Shown here piece by piece: positions 1 to 11,060 of a stretch of 64,000 nt of DNA. The notes under the pieces were generated by a model. It was given only the letters and a program-made list of their open reading frames with translations, was not told where the DNA came from and did not search any database. Position 1 is the stretch's first letter. Every line of letters starts with the position of its first letter. Source of the stretch: Zootoca vivipara (lineage: Eukaryota); the NCBI RefSeq assembly GCF_963506605.1, contig NC_083279.1:79050001-79114000 (forward strand), read 5' to 3'. The position numbers were made by a program, and so were the translations under genes.

Positions 1-18
1 ATATTCATTGGTCTAGAA

Positions 19-150
19 CAGGCATCCCCAAACTTCGGCCCTCCAGATGTTTTGGACTACCCCATCATCCCTGACTACTGGTCCTGTTAGCTAGGGATCA
101 TAGGAGTTGTAGGCCAGAACATCTGGGGGGGCGCAGTTTGGGGATGCCTG
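19..150. mobile_element. hAT (Charlie-like) MITE
   Basis: TIRs CAGGCATCCCCAAACT/AGTTTGGGGATGCCTG; perfect 8-bp TSD GTCTAGAA (11-18, 151-158). Confidence 0.9.
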
Positions 151-1734
151 GTCTAGAAACATACCACAGTGCTATGCAAGTGCCGACAACCAGGTGATCC
201 CTTTGGCCCAGCCATGTGTTTACAGGCCCACACTGTGAGGACAGTATCCCTTTAAGTGGGCTGTGCCTAAGTGCATCACATGAGACTGGAAGGGACGTCT
301 GGGTAGCAGAATGATTCAGAAAAGCTATGGCTTCCTATAACAGAGACTCCTCATCTAGTAAATAGTTAATAAAGTTTATCTTATATTTATGGACCTCCTG
401 GTAGGGGCAGGCTTTGCCAAAATCATCTCTTGGGCCAAATGTGGAAATCTGGTGGGCCTAATTAGGGTTCCTAACCCCTGTGCTAGCATATCATAGGCAA
501 ATTCTATAGAAGATCATTGAATTAGCTTTACTTTCCTTGCATGTTGCTCTAGAAAGAGATTTTAATAAACCCTTTCATGAGTGGGAGAAACTTTAAATTC
601 GCAAAAGGTCATCTTTGGATCCAGATTCATCAGTTCCCCATACAGTATTGTTTTCAAGGTGTCCAGTCCTCCATCCCTATATCACTGACTCTCTTAATAA
701 TGGGGTCTTCATTGCAGCTCTCTGTTAAGAAAATCTTACGATGCATTGTACACTTTGCAAACATTACCCACAAGCAAAAGGGTACATTCTATGACTCCTT
801 TAGGATTCTGTGTGTCTACTTGTTATAAGCCATGGCAAAAACAGCCCAGTTGCACATTTTCTCCCATGAGTGGAGAAAAATAAAGTTGGGGTTTTGTTCT
901 ATGCTTCAGATTCAGCTCAGGTTTTTTTTCAAATGGAAACGATACTCCACACCTGTGCGAGGAGAGGGTATGTGGGACAACCCAAAGGGCTGGAAAGGGA
1001 AATAAAACGAATCCCTGTTGAATTTTGTCTCCTATAGGGCTTTCTTTATAATTGTCAAACTCCAAAGAATAAAAAAGTAAAGACAATCTTGAGATACTAC
1101 TTTATGTCTCTCATGGGTGGGTTTAATAGCTAGCTAGTTCTTTCCTGTGCATTAATATTTAAAAACAGATGTCCGGACAATGTGGTCACTCATTCCCTCA
1201 AACTTGGTTACAAAAATGAGACTAAAAGCCTTTGAGGAGCTTGTTAGGAAATGAGATGTTTTTCTTTTAGATTTAGCAATGCTCTTGCTAGGTATTCTTG
1301 TCTTCTTCTTAGCTTGCTTGTGGATAACCTGGTCCTGTGAAGCTACATCAGCTTTTCCCTTCAGTGATCTTGTAAAATCCATCTTTGGTTAAGAACTGAC
1401 AAAGTGTTAACTGATACATATTCTGTGGTTTCTATTTTGCAATGTAGAAAAGAGAAGAAAAGGTTGTTTTACAAGCATTTTCAGTAATGTGCCCTTTCAA
1501 GATACTTGACACTCCTTAAAAATCCCTGGTTTGCAAGGGTTGTTGCACTACAACCACTTTTTCCATGATAAAATATGCATTTCTAGCTCTCCAGGTGGCA
1601 AGGGAAAAGCGCAGGTTGGATTTGTGAGTCCAATAAAATGAAGGCTATAAATATATATATGGGACACAGCTACCTTCTTCGACATCTTTATTGTTGAGAG
1701 GGATCAAACAGAAAATAGAAAGTATAGTTCTCCC

Positions 1735-1786
1735 TGGAACAAAAACATTCAAAGATTCAGTGGAACAAAAACATTCAAAGATTCAG
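1735..1786. repeat. Perfect 26-bp tandem duplication
   Basis: TGGAACAAAAACATTCAAAGATTCAG twice. Confidence 0.9.
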
Positions 1787-1974
1787 TGGGATAAAATATG
1801 GGGAAGAGCCATAAACTCAGCGGTAGAGCTGCTGGACTAGTTGCAACCCTCTCTGTGTGGAGATAGCTTGGCTTCAGTTGTCTAGGTACTGATCACCTCC
1901 AGGTTAGACCACTGCAATGCATTGTGTAGGGGTCTGCCTTTGAGCAGCACCTGCTTTCACTGAGTGGTCTAGAG

Positions 1975-2307
1975 CAGGGGTCGGCAAAGTTTTTGTGGCT
2001 TGGGCCAATTCACAGTCCCGCAGACGCCACGGTGGGCTGGAGTGCATGCATGCGCGCGCACACACATGTGCAAACACTATTTCCAGTGCTCTTCCCAGCA
2101 CAGAGGAGGCATGCGCAGCTTCCCATTGGCTGCAGGAGCTTTCTGCAGCCAATGGGAAGCCAGCCAGCATCGTGGAAGGCGGTCCCCACTCTGCTCAGCA
2201 TCGGTTTAGCATGGCGCACGGGAGCCAACCAAGTGGCTGGTGGGGTCCATGGGCCAGTTAAACGACCCCATGGGCCGCTTTTGGGGCCCTTAGGTTGCCG
2301 ACCCCTG
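1975..2307. mobile_element. hAT (Charlie-like) MITE, 333 bp
   Basis: TIRs CAGGGGTCGGCAA/TTGCCGACCCCTG; TSD GTCTAGAG/CTCTAGAG. Confidence 0.88.
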
Positions 2308-2779
2308 CTCTAGAGAATATGCATTGTATTTTGGGCTGCAAACATCTGCCACAAAAAATACGCACTGTTAAAATTGATTCCAAGGTTGGAAGGAAGTTGT
2401 TTACTTCTTGCTCCACTGGGTCCCAGAGTATTCATAAATGTCCAAGCAAACAGCATATCTTCCCTTTTGTAGCTCTGGAAGATTTACCACCGCTCTGCCA
2501 TGCTGGCAATTGCGTGCAAGATTTAGCATCAAAGAACTGATGATAAATGTGTTGAAATGGCACCTGTCTAGCAGTTGTCCTGCTGCGACAGCTTTGTTGC
2601 TAAATGCAGTTGAATTTCAAAGTGTGACCACCAGCAAAACATCCAAATAGATCTGTCATACCATAAGACACATCAGTCACAGGGACCAAGGGATGTGTTT
2701 AACATCTATTCTGGCTTATCCAGCCTATGCCTTACAGCACTGGTCATCAAGTTTTTGGCAACAGTGGACACATTTCAGT

Positions 2780-4260
2780 ATTAAGATTGACACTTGCTGA
2801 TCTTAATACAGAATTTATATTCCTTTAACATCGGCCAAATCAAACTCAGTGCCAAAGGTGGTTCCAACACCCCTAATGCGAAAGATGTAAAACAAGGGTG
2901 TATTCTTGCCCCTTTTTTAAAAAAAAAAAATTTTATCAGATCTTCCAGAGCACATTCCAGAGCACATGACCCAAAAATCAATCAAAACCCGGATCCACTG
3001 TTACTGTATGCAGATGATGTGGCCTTATTATCACTGACGAGGATAGGCCTGAAATGTTTTTTACACTCCCTGATTTCCTATTGTGAAATCAATAAACTCT
3101 CAATAAACTATGGGAAGACAAAAATTCTGGAAAATAAGAGGACAAGAAATCCAGCAAGTAAAGATGCACAGATATCTCGGAATTTTATTCCAGAGCAACT
3201 CAGGTTGGTCAAACCATCGCACAAGCGCTATAAAACAGGCAAAGTGTACCTCCTCGGAAGTTGTTCGCTTTTACTTTCAGAAAGGTAACCAATTTATACC
3301 AGGTGCTATTCAAGTTTTTCAAGCTAAATTGTCATCCCAGCTACTTTTTGGGATCCCAATATGGATACAAACATATAATAATGATTTAGATAAGATACAC
3401 TCAAGTTTCTTGACGTATCCTGGGGCTCCCAAATGCAATCAAGTATGAGACGATTTGTGCAGAGCTAAGTATGCACACGATGGAATACTGGGTGTGGACT
3501 AGCACTATAATTTGCGTTGCCATTTCCATTGCCAGCCTTTGCGTCTGCTTTCTGAGTTTCTTAAGGACTCTTATAAATCCAGATGCTTCCAACTCTTACA
3601 GAGCAAAATCAGATCTATTGGTAATGACTTGGAACTTTTGTATAATTCAAGTGAGCAATATATTTATCGTAATATTCAAATCAGATTAAGGGACACTGAA
3701 AAACAAAACATTGAGTCAGCTGTAAATAAAATCTGCTCCAAGTTTTATGGTTTAAATACAACAGATAACAGGGTCACTTATATTACAAAATTAATAAATG
3801 CAGTCCAACGCAGGGCCTTTATGTTAGACCAACTGAACGTTTCCCCCTCAGCTTTTGTCAAGGGCAGATATTTAAACATCCCCAGAAATGGTAGACATTG
3901 TGGGTGTTTTTTTGAAGTGCCAGACACAGTAGAACATATTCTTTTCTACTATCCATTGTACAAACAGCTACCCAAACATGTGCTACCCCCTTTTTCTGGG
4001 TAGTCTAACATCATGGCACAATGAAAATATCAGATTCTATCTGTCTGACATTAACCCGGAAGTAGCTACAAGGGTATCAATAGTATCTCTTAGGGTGATG
4101 AATGACACTATTTAGCGGGAAGAAACTCCAATGAAAATCCTCATTATTACATATTTTTACATGGCTGTTCATTTGTATATGTTTTAAGATTTTATATATG
4201 GATGCTTTATGATGGCCTATATTTGTAATGCCTAATAAAGGTTTGGCAAAGTAAGTAAAA
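2780..4260 (+). mobile_element. Degraded, 5'-truncated non-LTR retrotransposon (RT plus C-terminal Cys/His region; RTE-X-like, clade tentative)
   Basis: Frameshifted ORFs 2794..3288, 3110..3448 and 3512..4003 carry VKQGCILAPF, LLYADD, YLGI and GRY..IPR..RHCGC...TVEHIL. AATAAA at 4234 and a short AAGT tail. Confidence 0.8.
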
Positions 4261-4325
4261 ACGATTTTGAGAGAGTGTATGTGGGAGAGGAACTGATGAC
4301 AATATGTGATGGGCCTCTGAAGAGC

Positions 4326-4618
4326 TATAGTGCTATACCTTAGTGGTGGAATGCTTTGCATGCAGAAGGAGCCAAGTTCAATTGGCTTGGAGGGTCACTG
4401 CCGGTCATTGTAAACCAGGAATAGCCAATGTGATGTTCTCCAGATGTTGGGCTATAACTCCCAATGGACCCAGCCAATATTGCCAGTGGTTAGGGTTGAT
4501 GGGATTTGTAGTCCAACAATGTCTGGAGGGCATCACATTGGCGATCCCTGCTGTAGGCCGTGCTGAGATAGATGAACCAATGGTCTGACTTAGTATAAGG
4601 ACCATTCCTCTGTTTCTG
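4326..4618 (+). mobile_element. tRNA-derived SINE interrupted by a hAT MITE (4416-4550)
   Basis: Head ..TAGTGGTGGAATGCTTTGCATGCAGAAGG.. and tail GATGAACCAATGGTCTGACTTAGTATAAGG. The same SINE family occurs at about 11563-11712, 18588-18760, 23975-24160, 28053-28230, 34545-34720, 43190-43570, 52090-52280(-), 56445-56695(-) and 63655-63820. Confidence 0.75.
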
Positions 4619-5203
4619 AAGTAGCATTAAGCAACTAAGCATAAGTGTGCATTTCCTCCTGAAGCATTAAAAGGGAGGGGGGGTCACCGGATGTTGTTGG
4701 ATTTCAACTCCCATCAACTCCAACCATCATGGCCAATGGCTATGGATGGTTGGAGTTGGAGTTCCACCAACATATGGAGGACCATCACTGAGTTACAACC
4801 TAAGTGTGGCATCAATCACACAATGTCGTTGAATGTCAAGAAATATTTTCCACAGTTATTATGGGGAAATAATAAAGGAGGCAGGTTGTGTTGTGCTTTG
4901 AGAACAACACGTGCTCTGAGAAACTTTAGTGGTCAACCATCACTTTGCATTGTAACGACCATAAGCTTCTCTGAAAGCCCACCAAGTTGGAAGGTAGGGA
5001 TTGCGAATGAATAACCAACAACAGTAATTGGGTGGCAATTCTTGGAGTGAAATAAAATCAGTAGATACATTGCTTCTCAGTTGCCTTTATTATATTCCTT
5101 TTTCACGCCATGTTATTAACTTACCCTTTCATTTCAGCCAGTCCCTGCTACCTTGTGTAACGTGATCGTGATTAACGCTGCCTTTATTTCTCCCTCCTTA
5201 CAG

Positions 5204-5292
5204 GCAGGAATGGTGCTGAGGTGTGGATACTTCTGGCTCGGTTTATTTCTGGTGCCCACAGCGTGCCTTGTTAAAGATGTGGCGTGGAGAGC
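5204..5292 (+). CDS. ATP8A2: ATP8A2 internal coding exon (last TM helix region), 89 bp
   Basis: Polypyrimidine tract + CAG acceptor (5201-5203) and GTAAGT donor (5293). Translates [30 protein letters not shown], matching the [19 protein letters not shown] segment of ATP8A2. Phase joins the next exon. Confidence 0.93.
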
Positions 5293-5590
5293 GTAAGTTG
5301 GGGGAATGCACCTCTTCTCGAAAATAATGTTGACATTCAAAATAAGAATGAGTTTCTCTCTTTTAATCTTAACAGCCACTAATCTTAATCTCGGTGAAAA
5401 ATTGCTGCTGATCTGTTGAAGTGGTGGTTGCAGCAGCCATACAAGTTGCTAACCAGCTTCACCAACACTAACAATAAAAATGTTCCAGTTAGTCATAAAG
5501 ACGAATGTTGCAACAAGACTGAAGACCAGTTTATATCCTGATTAGAAATAGTAATACAGAGGTACCTCTACTTACGAATAACTCTACTTA

Positions 5591-5964
5591 CAGAATCATA
5601 GAGCTGGAAGAGACCACAAGGGTCATCCAGTCCAACCCCCTGCCAAGCAGGAAACACCATCAAAGCATTCTTGACATATGCCTGTCAAGCCTCTGCTTAA
5701 AGACCTCCAAAGAAGGAGACTCCACCACACTCCTTGGTAGCAAATTCCACTGCCGAACAGCTCTTACTGTCAGGAAGTTCTTCCTAATGTTTAGGTGGAA
5801 TCTTCTTTCTTGTAGTTTGAATCCATTGCTCCGTGTCCGCTTCTCTGGAGCAGCAGAAAACAATCTTTCTCCCTCCTCCATATGACATCCTTTCATATAT
5901 TTGAACATGGCTATCATATCACCCCTTAACCTTCTCTTCTCCAGGCTAAACATACCCAGCTCCT
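5591..5964 (-). mobile_element. CR1 LINE 3' fragment
   Basis: ORF 5660..5953 (FSLEKRRLRGD...TRSNGFKL...RKNFLTVRAVRQWN.LP..VVESPSLEVFKQRLD) is the CR1 ORF2 C-terminus; CTATGATTCTG tail. Confidence 0.93.
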
Positions 5965-6036
5965 TTACGAATGTTTCTACTTACGAACGGAGCTCTGTCC
6001 GCCATCTTGGATGTGGTTTAGATAGGATTTTTTCTA

Positions 6037-6373
6037 CAGTGGTACCTCGGTTTATGAACACAATTGGTTCCGGAATTCTGTTCATAAACTGAAGCGTTCA
6101 TAAACTGAAGCGAACTTTCCCATTGAAAGTAATGGAAAGTGGATTAATCCATTCCAGACGGGTCCGCGGAGTACTCAACCTAAAGCGTACTTAACCCGAA
6201 GCATGGGTGTAATTGGTTCCGGAAGTCTGTTCATCAACTGAAGCATTCATAAACTGAAGTGAACTTTCCCATTGAAAGTAATGGAAAGTGAATTAATCCG
6301 TTCCAGATGGGTCCGCAGCGTTCGTAAACTGAAAATTCGTAAACCGAGGTGTTCATAAACTGAGGTTCCACTG
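6037..6373. mobile_element. Tc1/mariner (Tigger-like) MITE, 337 bp, with internal tandem duplication
   Basis: TA|CAGTGGTACCTCGGTTTATGAAC ... GTTCATAAACTGAGGTTCCACTG|TA; near-identical copy at 15604-15940. Confidence 0.92.
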
Positions 6374-7841
6374 TACTTACGAATTTTTAGATAGGGTTGC
6401 TTCGACTTACAAATTTTTTCTCCCAATGCATTCCTATGGGATTCGACTTACAATTTTTTTCGACTTACGAATGTGCGTTCGGAATGCATTAAATTCGTAA
6501 GTAGAGGTACCACTGTATCTACTTGCTACGCTTGTTGTCACAAAGGGCTGCACAGATGAATATGTTTGTGTGGGTGTTAAAAGCTTATATATGTAGCAAT
6601 GTACAATATATGTAAACAGGAGTGCCTGGTGTGCTCTGTTCCATGGGGTCACGAAGAGTTTTGAACCACATATGGTTCACCACGCACATTAAGCCAAGGG
6701 GTGGATAGGACCTTACATAGCACAGAAGTTCACCTTCAGAGCTTATTAAAAACAGTGCTATTAAGATGACTGTGAAACGTCACACTCCCATCTAGGACGA
6801 TGCCTAATGATAACAAATGTTTACAGCTTGAGCAACAAAAACATTAACTTGAAATCCTGAATGGGGGGAAAGCCTTGTTTGCTTTTAGCTTTCTTTCTTT
6901 TTTCCTCTACTAGAGCATTTGTATCTTTTCCTCTCTTTCTCTTTGCTACTGTTTTATCTGAACTAGACAGCATGTCTTTAAGCCCCATGGCTTTTCCCTG
7001 CTTCTATTTGAAAGAATATGTCAAGATGCTCCTTGATAGGCTGAGCAACAGACACCCCAGCTGTTGCAACGGAATGAGGGGGCTGAGCATAGAAAGGGTT
7101 GCACATGCAGCTTCCGTGCTGTGAAATCCAAATATTATAACCCATAATGCTGTCATCTTGTGGCAAGATACATATTCAGTAATCTTATGAACTGATCCTT
7201 CTGTCTGGGTTCCTTGCCAACACCCCCAGCAAGACCATTTTTTGGCATTTTCCGGTGAAGACAGAATTGTCTTTACGTTTAAGCCTCCAGCTATCCTTCG
7301 CTCTGCTTGTTGGAGGTAGGCCTTCATAAAAAGAAAGAAAACACAGCCAGGATGGAACGAGCCGTTTTCTCCACTGGGCCGTTTTTCTGTGGACATGTGT
7401 TGACTGGAGTAAGGAGCTAAAGGTTTCTAATTGTGTGGGTTGACAATGTTGGACTTACGAGGAAGGAAGGGAAAGACCTGTTGAAGCAAAAGCTGTGCTT
7501 TACAGATAACTAGCAAAATGGCTGCTCTTCTGATCAGCATGATGTACCTCGAGGGAGAGGGCTTTTATTTTGCAACGCCCCCTGGAGGTGTGTCACTGTC
7601 AGGCCAATCAGGTAGGTTTTGCTGCCACTAAAACAGTGTTCTATCTTCCTGCCTCACTCAGAAGTGAAAGGCAGTATTTAATGTATATGGAAGAAAATAA
7701 AGGAGTGCACTTCAGGCCACTGTTAGGGTAGCCAGTTTTTTGCCCCTCGTGGCTCCCAGTCACCCCACCCATTTACAATAAGCCCTTTGTCTATCTGTAT
7801 AGTTTCATTGAGGGTTTCATTTCTTGGCTGGGCTAGACTCA

Positions 7842-7978
7842 CAGCGTTCTTCAGCCTTAGGTTCCCCAGATGTTGCTGGACTGCAACTCCCATCATGCCC
7901 AGCCAGCATAGGCAATAGTCAAGGATGATGGGGGCTGTAGTCCAACTACACCTGGGGTCCCAGGGTTGAAGAACCCTG
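7842..7978. mobile_element. Old hAT-type MITE (GGACTACAACTCCCATC family)
   Basis: Palindromic CAG..TTCTTCA.CC/GGTTGAAGAACCCTG ends. Degenerate relatives at about 4690-4790, 9285-9415, 10655-10750, 18866-18960, 20688-20819, 22632-22700, 23275-23410, 27027-27115, 29320-29712, 32583-32705, 34050-34175, 53395-53525 and 53685-53760. Confidence 0.7.
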
Positions 7979-9008
7979 TGCAAGAGAATAATGGGATGTC
8001 ACTATGTCAGGCATTTTGGCTATGTCTAATATCTATACTGATGGATGTTCTGCTACATTATCAGTATTGAAACCATATGAAAACACCAGTCTTCATGATG
8101 GGCAGGGTATGTCTCTATGGGTCCAGCCAACTGCCATATTTATTTTTGAGAATGCCACAGGAGAAGATGAGTTGGACTTCTAAGGCAACATGTGCTTATT
8201 TAAAAAATAAAAAATAAACATACCATGGCTGCCATCACAAAACTTGGGTGATGATGTCATTGCCTGGGAATGCTCCAGTCCTGAGCCTCTTAGCTGGAAA
8301 GAGTTTGGCTCTTTAGTCTAAAAGAATTTTGCTGCTCTGATCAATGGATTTAATTTGACTGGAGTGCTGATAGTGAGAAATGGCTATATAACTTGATAGA
8401 GGGGCAGGATTCAGCTGTTACCTTTTCATTGGTCATAACAAGTGCCTCTGTTTTTGTATTCCATTTACATACATCAGTAGGATTTTTGCAAGGACTGCTG
8501 TGGAAAAATGAGATCAAGCTGTTTTGTAATAAATACCAATTTGCCTCTTGTGCTGTGACAGACATGAGATGGAGCAACATCTCCCTCTCTCCAGAGTTTT
8601 CAGCTCAGGATCTTATCTGATAAACTGACAGTTTACAACCCTTGTATTTATAGGCAATTACCAAGCTAGGTTTCTAAATAATGGTTTGGGACATTTTATT
8701 GCTTTGCTTACAAATATGATCATAACATACAAAATTAAAAAATGACTTAATTGTTCCCACCTTTTCCTGCTCTTATAATTTGTGCTTATCCAAATGCATT
8801 GCTTTATGAACCCATCCTCTGAAAGTTAAACTGTCACATCTAAGGTGGTGTGTACGTTTTATATTATTATAAGTCTGCACAAATGGTGACCTGCCAAATC
8901 AGATTCAGCCCATTGAATCCAGGCGTGGATGTACGAAGTGACTCCTTGAAAAGTATTGCATCCACAAACATATGAAATGTGGGTTGGGGTGCAAGCAATA
9001 ACTTCATG

Positions 9009-9098
9009 CATAGCTGCCAAGTTTTCCCTTTTCTCGCGAGGAAGCCTATTCAGCATAAGGGAAAATCCCTTAAAAGAAGGGATAACTTGGCAGCTATG
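9009..9098. mobile_element. 90-bp MITE with CATAGCTGCCAAGT TIRs (hAT-like)
   Basis: CATAGCTGCCAAGTT...AACTTGGCAGCTATG; TSD ACTTCATG/ACTTCATC. Confidence 0.88.
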
Positions 9099-10955
9099 AC
9101 TTCATCTTGTAATCATCAAGTGATAACGTGAACCAGCCTAGCAAATAACCTCTACATCTATACTAATGAATGACTGATCTTAATGGTGACCAAACTTTAT
9201 TAAAACCAAAGCATGAGAATAGTGTCGAAATTCCATAATCTTTTTTTAAAAAAGAAAAAAAGAATGATGTTGGTAGCATGTAAGCAGAGATGGGGGACCT
9301 CTAGCCCACCAGACATTCCTGAACTACAGCTCCTGTCATCCCTGACCATTAACCATACTGGCTGGGGCTGATGGGAGTTGAAGTCCAAGAGCATTTAGAG
9401 GGCAGCAGGTTTGTCACTAAATACACACTACTAATACCATTTCGAGGCATTATTAAGATTGGGCAATCTAAATAGTGGTCCTTTTGCCTACAATTAGACA
9501 CTTTCGGGACATCCTAATGTTACTTGGTCAATTAATAGTCGTGACTAAGCCTTGAAAAGTATGTCACAGAAATCTAATCAGCAAGTATATTTATTTACAG
9601 AATAAAGTTTTGGCTTATTGATGGACAGTTGATCCCACATGTCCATGCAGTTTTCCCACATGAGGTTTAAAAAGACATCATTTGAAACTGGCTCCTCTCA
9701 TAAATGGAAAAAAAACCCTTGGCTATGATGACCCTTCCATTTCTTTTCCAAATTCTCTCCTGCATCGACAACATTCACACCAGCCAGGAAAAAAAATTGA
9801 GGAAGCGTTAAAGTACACAATAGGGTGTTGTGAATAAAAATGTGGGCATTCTTTTGCTGCTGCTCCAGTAAGCCGAAGCCTGACACAGATGAAAATTATA
9901 TAATTTCCTTATTAAGTATGTTGATCACATTTTAAGGTTCCGTGTAGACCAATGCAAATCCAAGGTATCTCATGGCTTGCTTGTGACTTTCCCTTTGGAG
10001 AAAGGTGATGGAGTAACAGCTAGAGAGGAGCTCTGCTCTTTAGTGAGAACAAGAGATTCTTTCTGAAAAATAAATGAATCCAGGCGTTAGGGTTACCAGT
10101 TGCTCTGAAGATGCAAATGTTTGCACCTATGTTATTGTGTGCATGTAGTGAAAAATGGTGCACTCTTTCTGCACAGAAGCAGAAAATACTGGCTGCAGAC
10201 ACCCTTTTCTCTCTCCCTCTTTAAATGGCATATTAAGAAGGGAGAAGAACCACCCTTAGGAGGCAGTGGTTTAGGGAAGAAAAGACCACGTAATTGGCCA
10301 TTCATTATCAAAGAGCCTCCTAAGGTTTTCTGTGCTCCTCAAAGGACAAAATGGAATCAGGCTCTGCTTCTATGAATGTTCAATGAATTCCTTCTCTTTT
10401 CGTTGAATGGCCAAATCTTGAGCAGTCCAATGATGGCAGCAGCAGATCCCCACTCTGTAACCCGTCCGTCAATTGGGCACTGGATATTATTTTCTGATCA
10501 AAGTCAGGAAGAGCGTTCTGTTAAAGCAAACTGCTTTGTCGTTGCTACATGGATGCTGTCCCAGGTACTGCCAAGCTTGAATCAAGTGCTAGCATGCTAT
10601 GCTGCTGCACTCTCTTCATTTCCCCAATCTTCAGTGCTCACCCGACTGCACACACAGCCTTTGCCAACCTGGTGCCCTCCAGATGTGCTAGTTGGGGCTG
10701 ATGAGAGGTGAGATCCAAACATATGGAAGGCACTAGGTTGGTGTAGGCTGGAATAGTGCCACTGAGAAGGTAGCATGCAACCCATGTTTTGCAGTCCAGC
10801 ATCCTCTGCAACCTTGAAAAAGAACCTGGGGCAGTAGGGTCTTGAGCCAGCCCTACTGACTGTCTAACTCCTTGTGGGGAAAATGGAGTCTTTTACATCC
10901 AATGAAAGTTGATGTGTTGGTTTCTTTGTTTTTGTGTCTTTCTCCTGCGATACAG

Positions 10956-11060
10956 GACCAAGCATACCTACCATAAAACATTGCTGGAGCAGGTTCAAGA
11001 GATGGAAGCTAAGTCCAAAGAGCTGGGGAAATCTATGCTGCGTGATAGTAATGGAAAGAG
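10956..11060 (+). CDS. ATP8A2: ATP8A2 coding exon, 105 bp
   Basis: tttctcctgcgatacAG acceptor and AG|GTGGGG donor. Translates (A)[34 protein letters not shown](S), matching ATP8A2 KHT.KKTLLEEVQELE...LGK..LRDSNGK. Contained in ORF 10909..11205. Confidence 0.95.

Larger units (their letters stand above)
5557..6515. mobile_element. Tc1/mariner (Tigger-like) MITE, host of two nested insertions
   Basis: TA|CAGAGGTACCTCTACTTACGAA ... TTCGTAAGTAGAGGTACCACTG|TA; internal CTTACGAA repeats. Confidence 0.88.

Noticed and set aside
6037-6373. Regularly repeated TTCATAAACTGAAG units resembling a CRISPR array
   Set aside because: Internal subrepeats of a TA-flanked MITE, with no unique spacers or cas genes, in a eukaryotic context.
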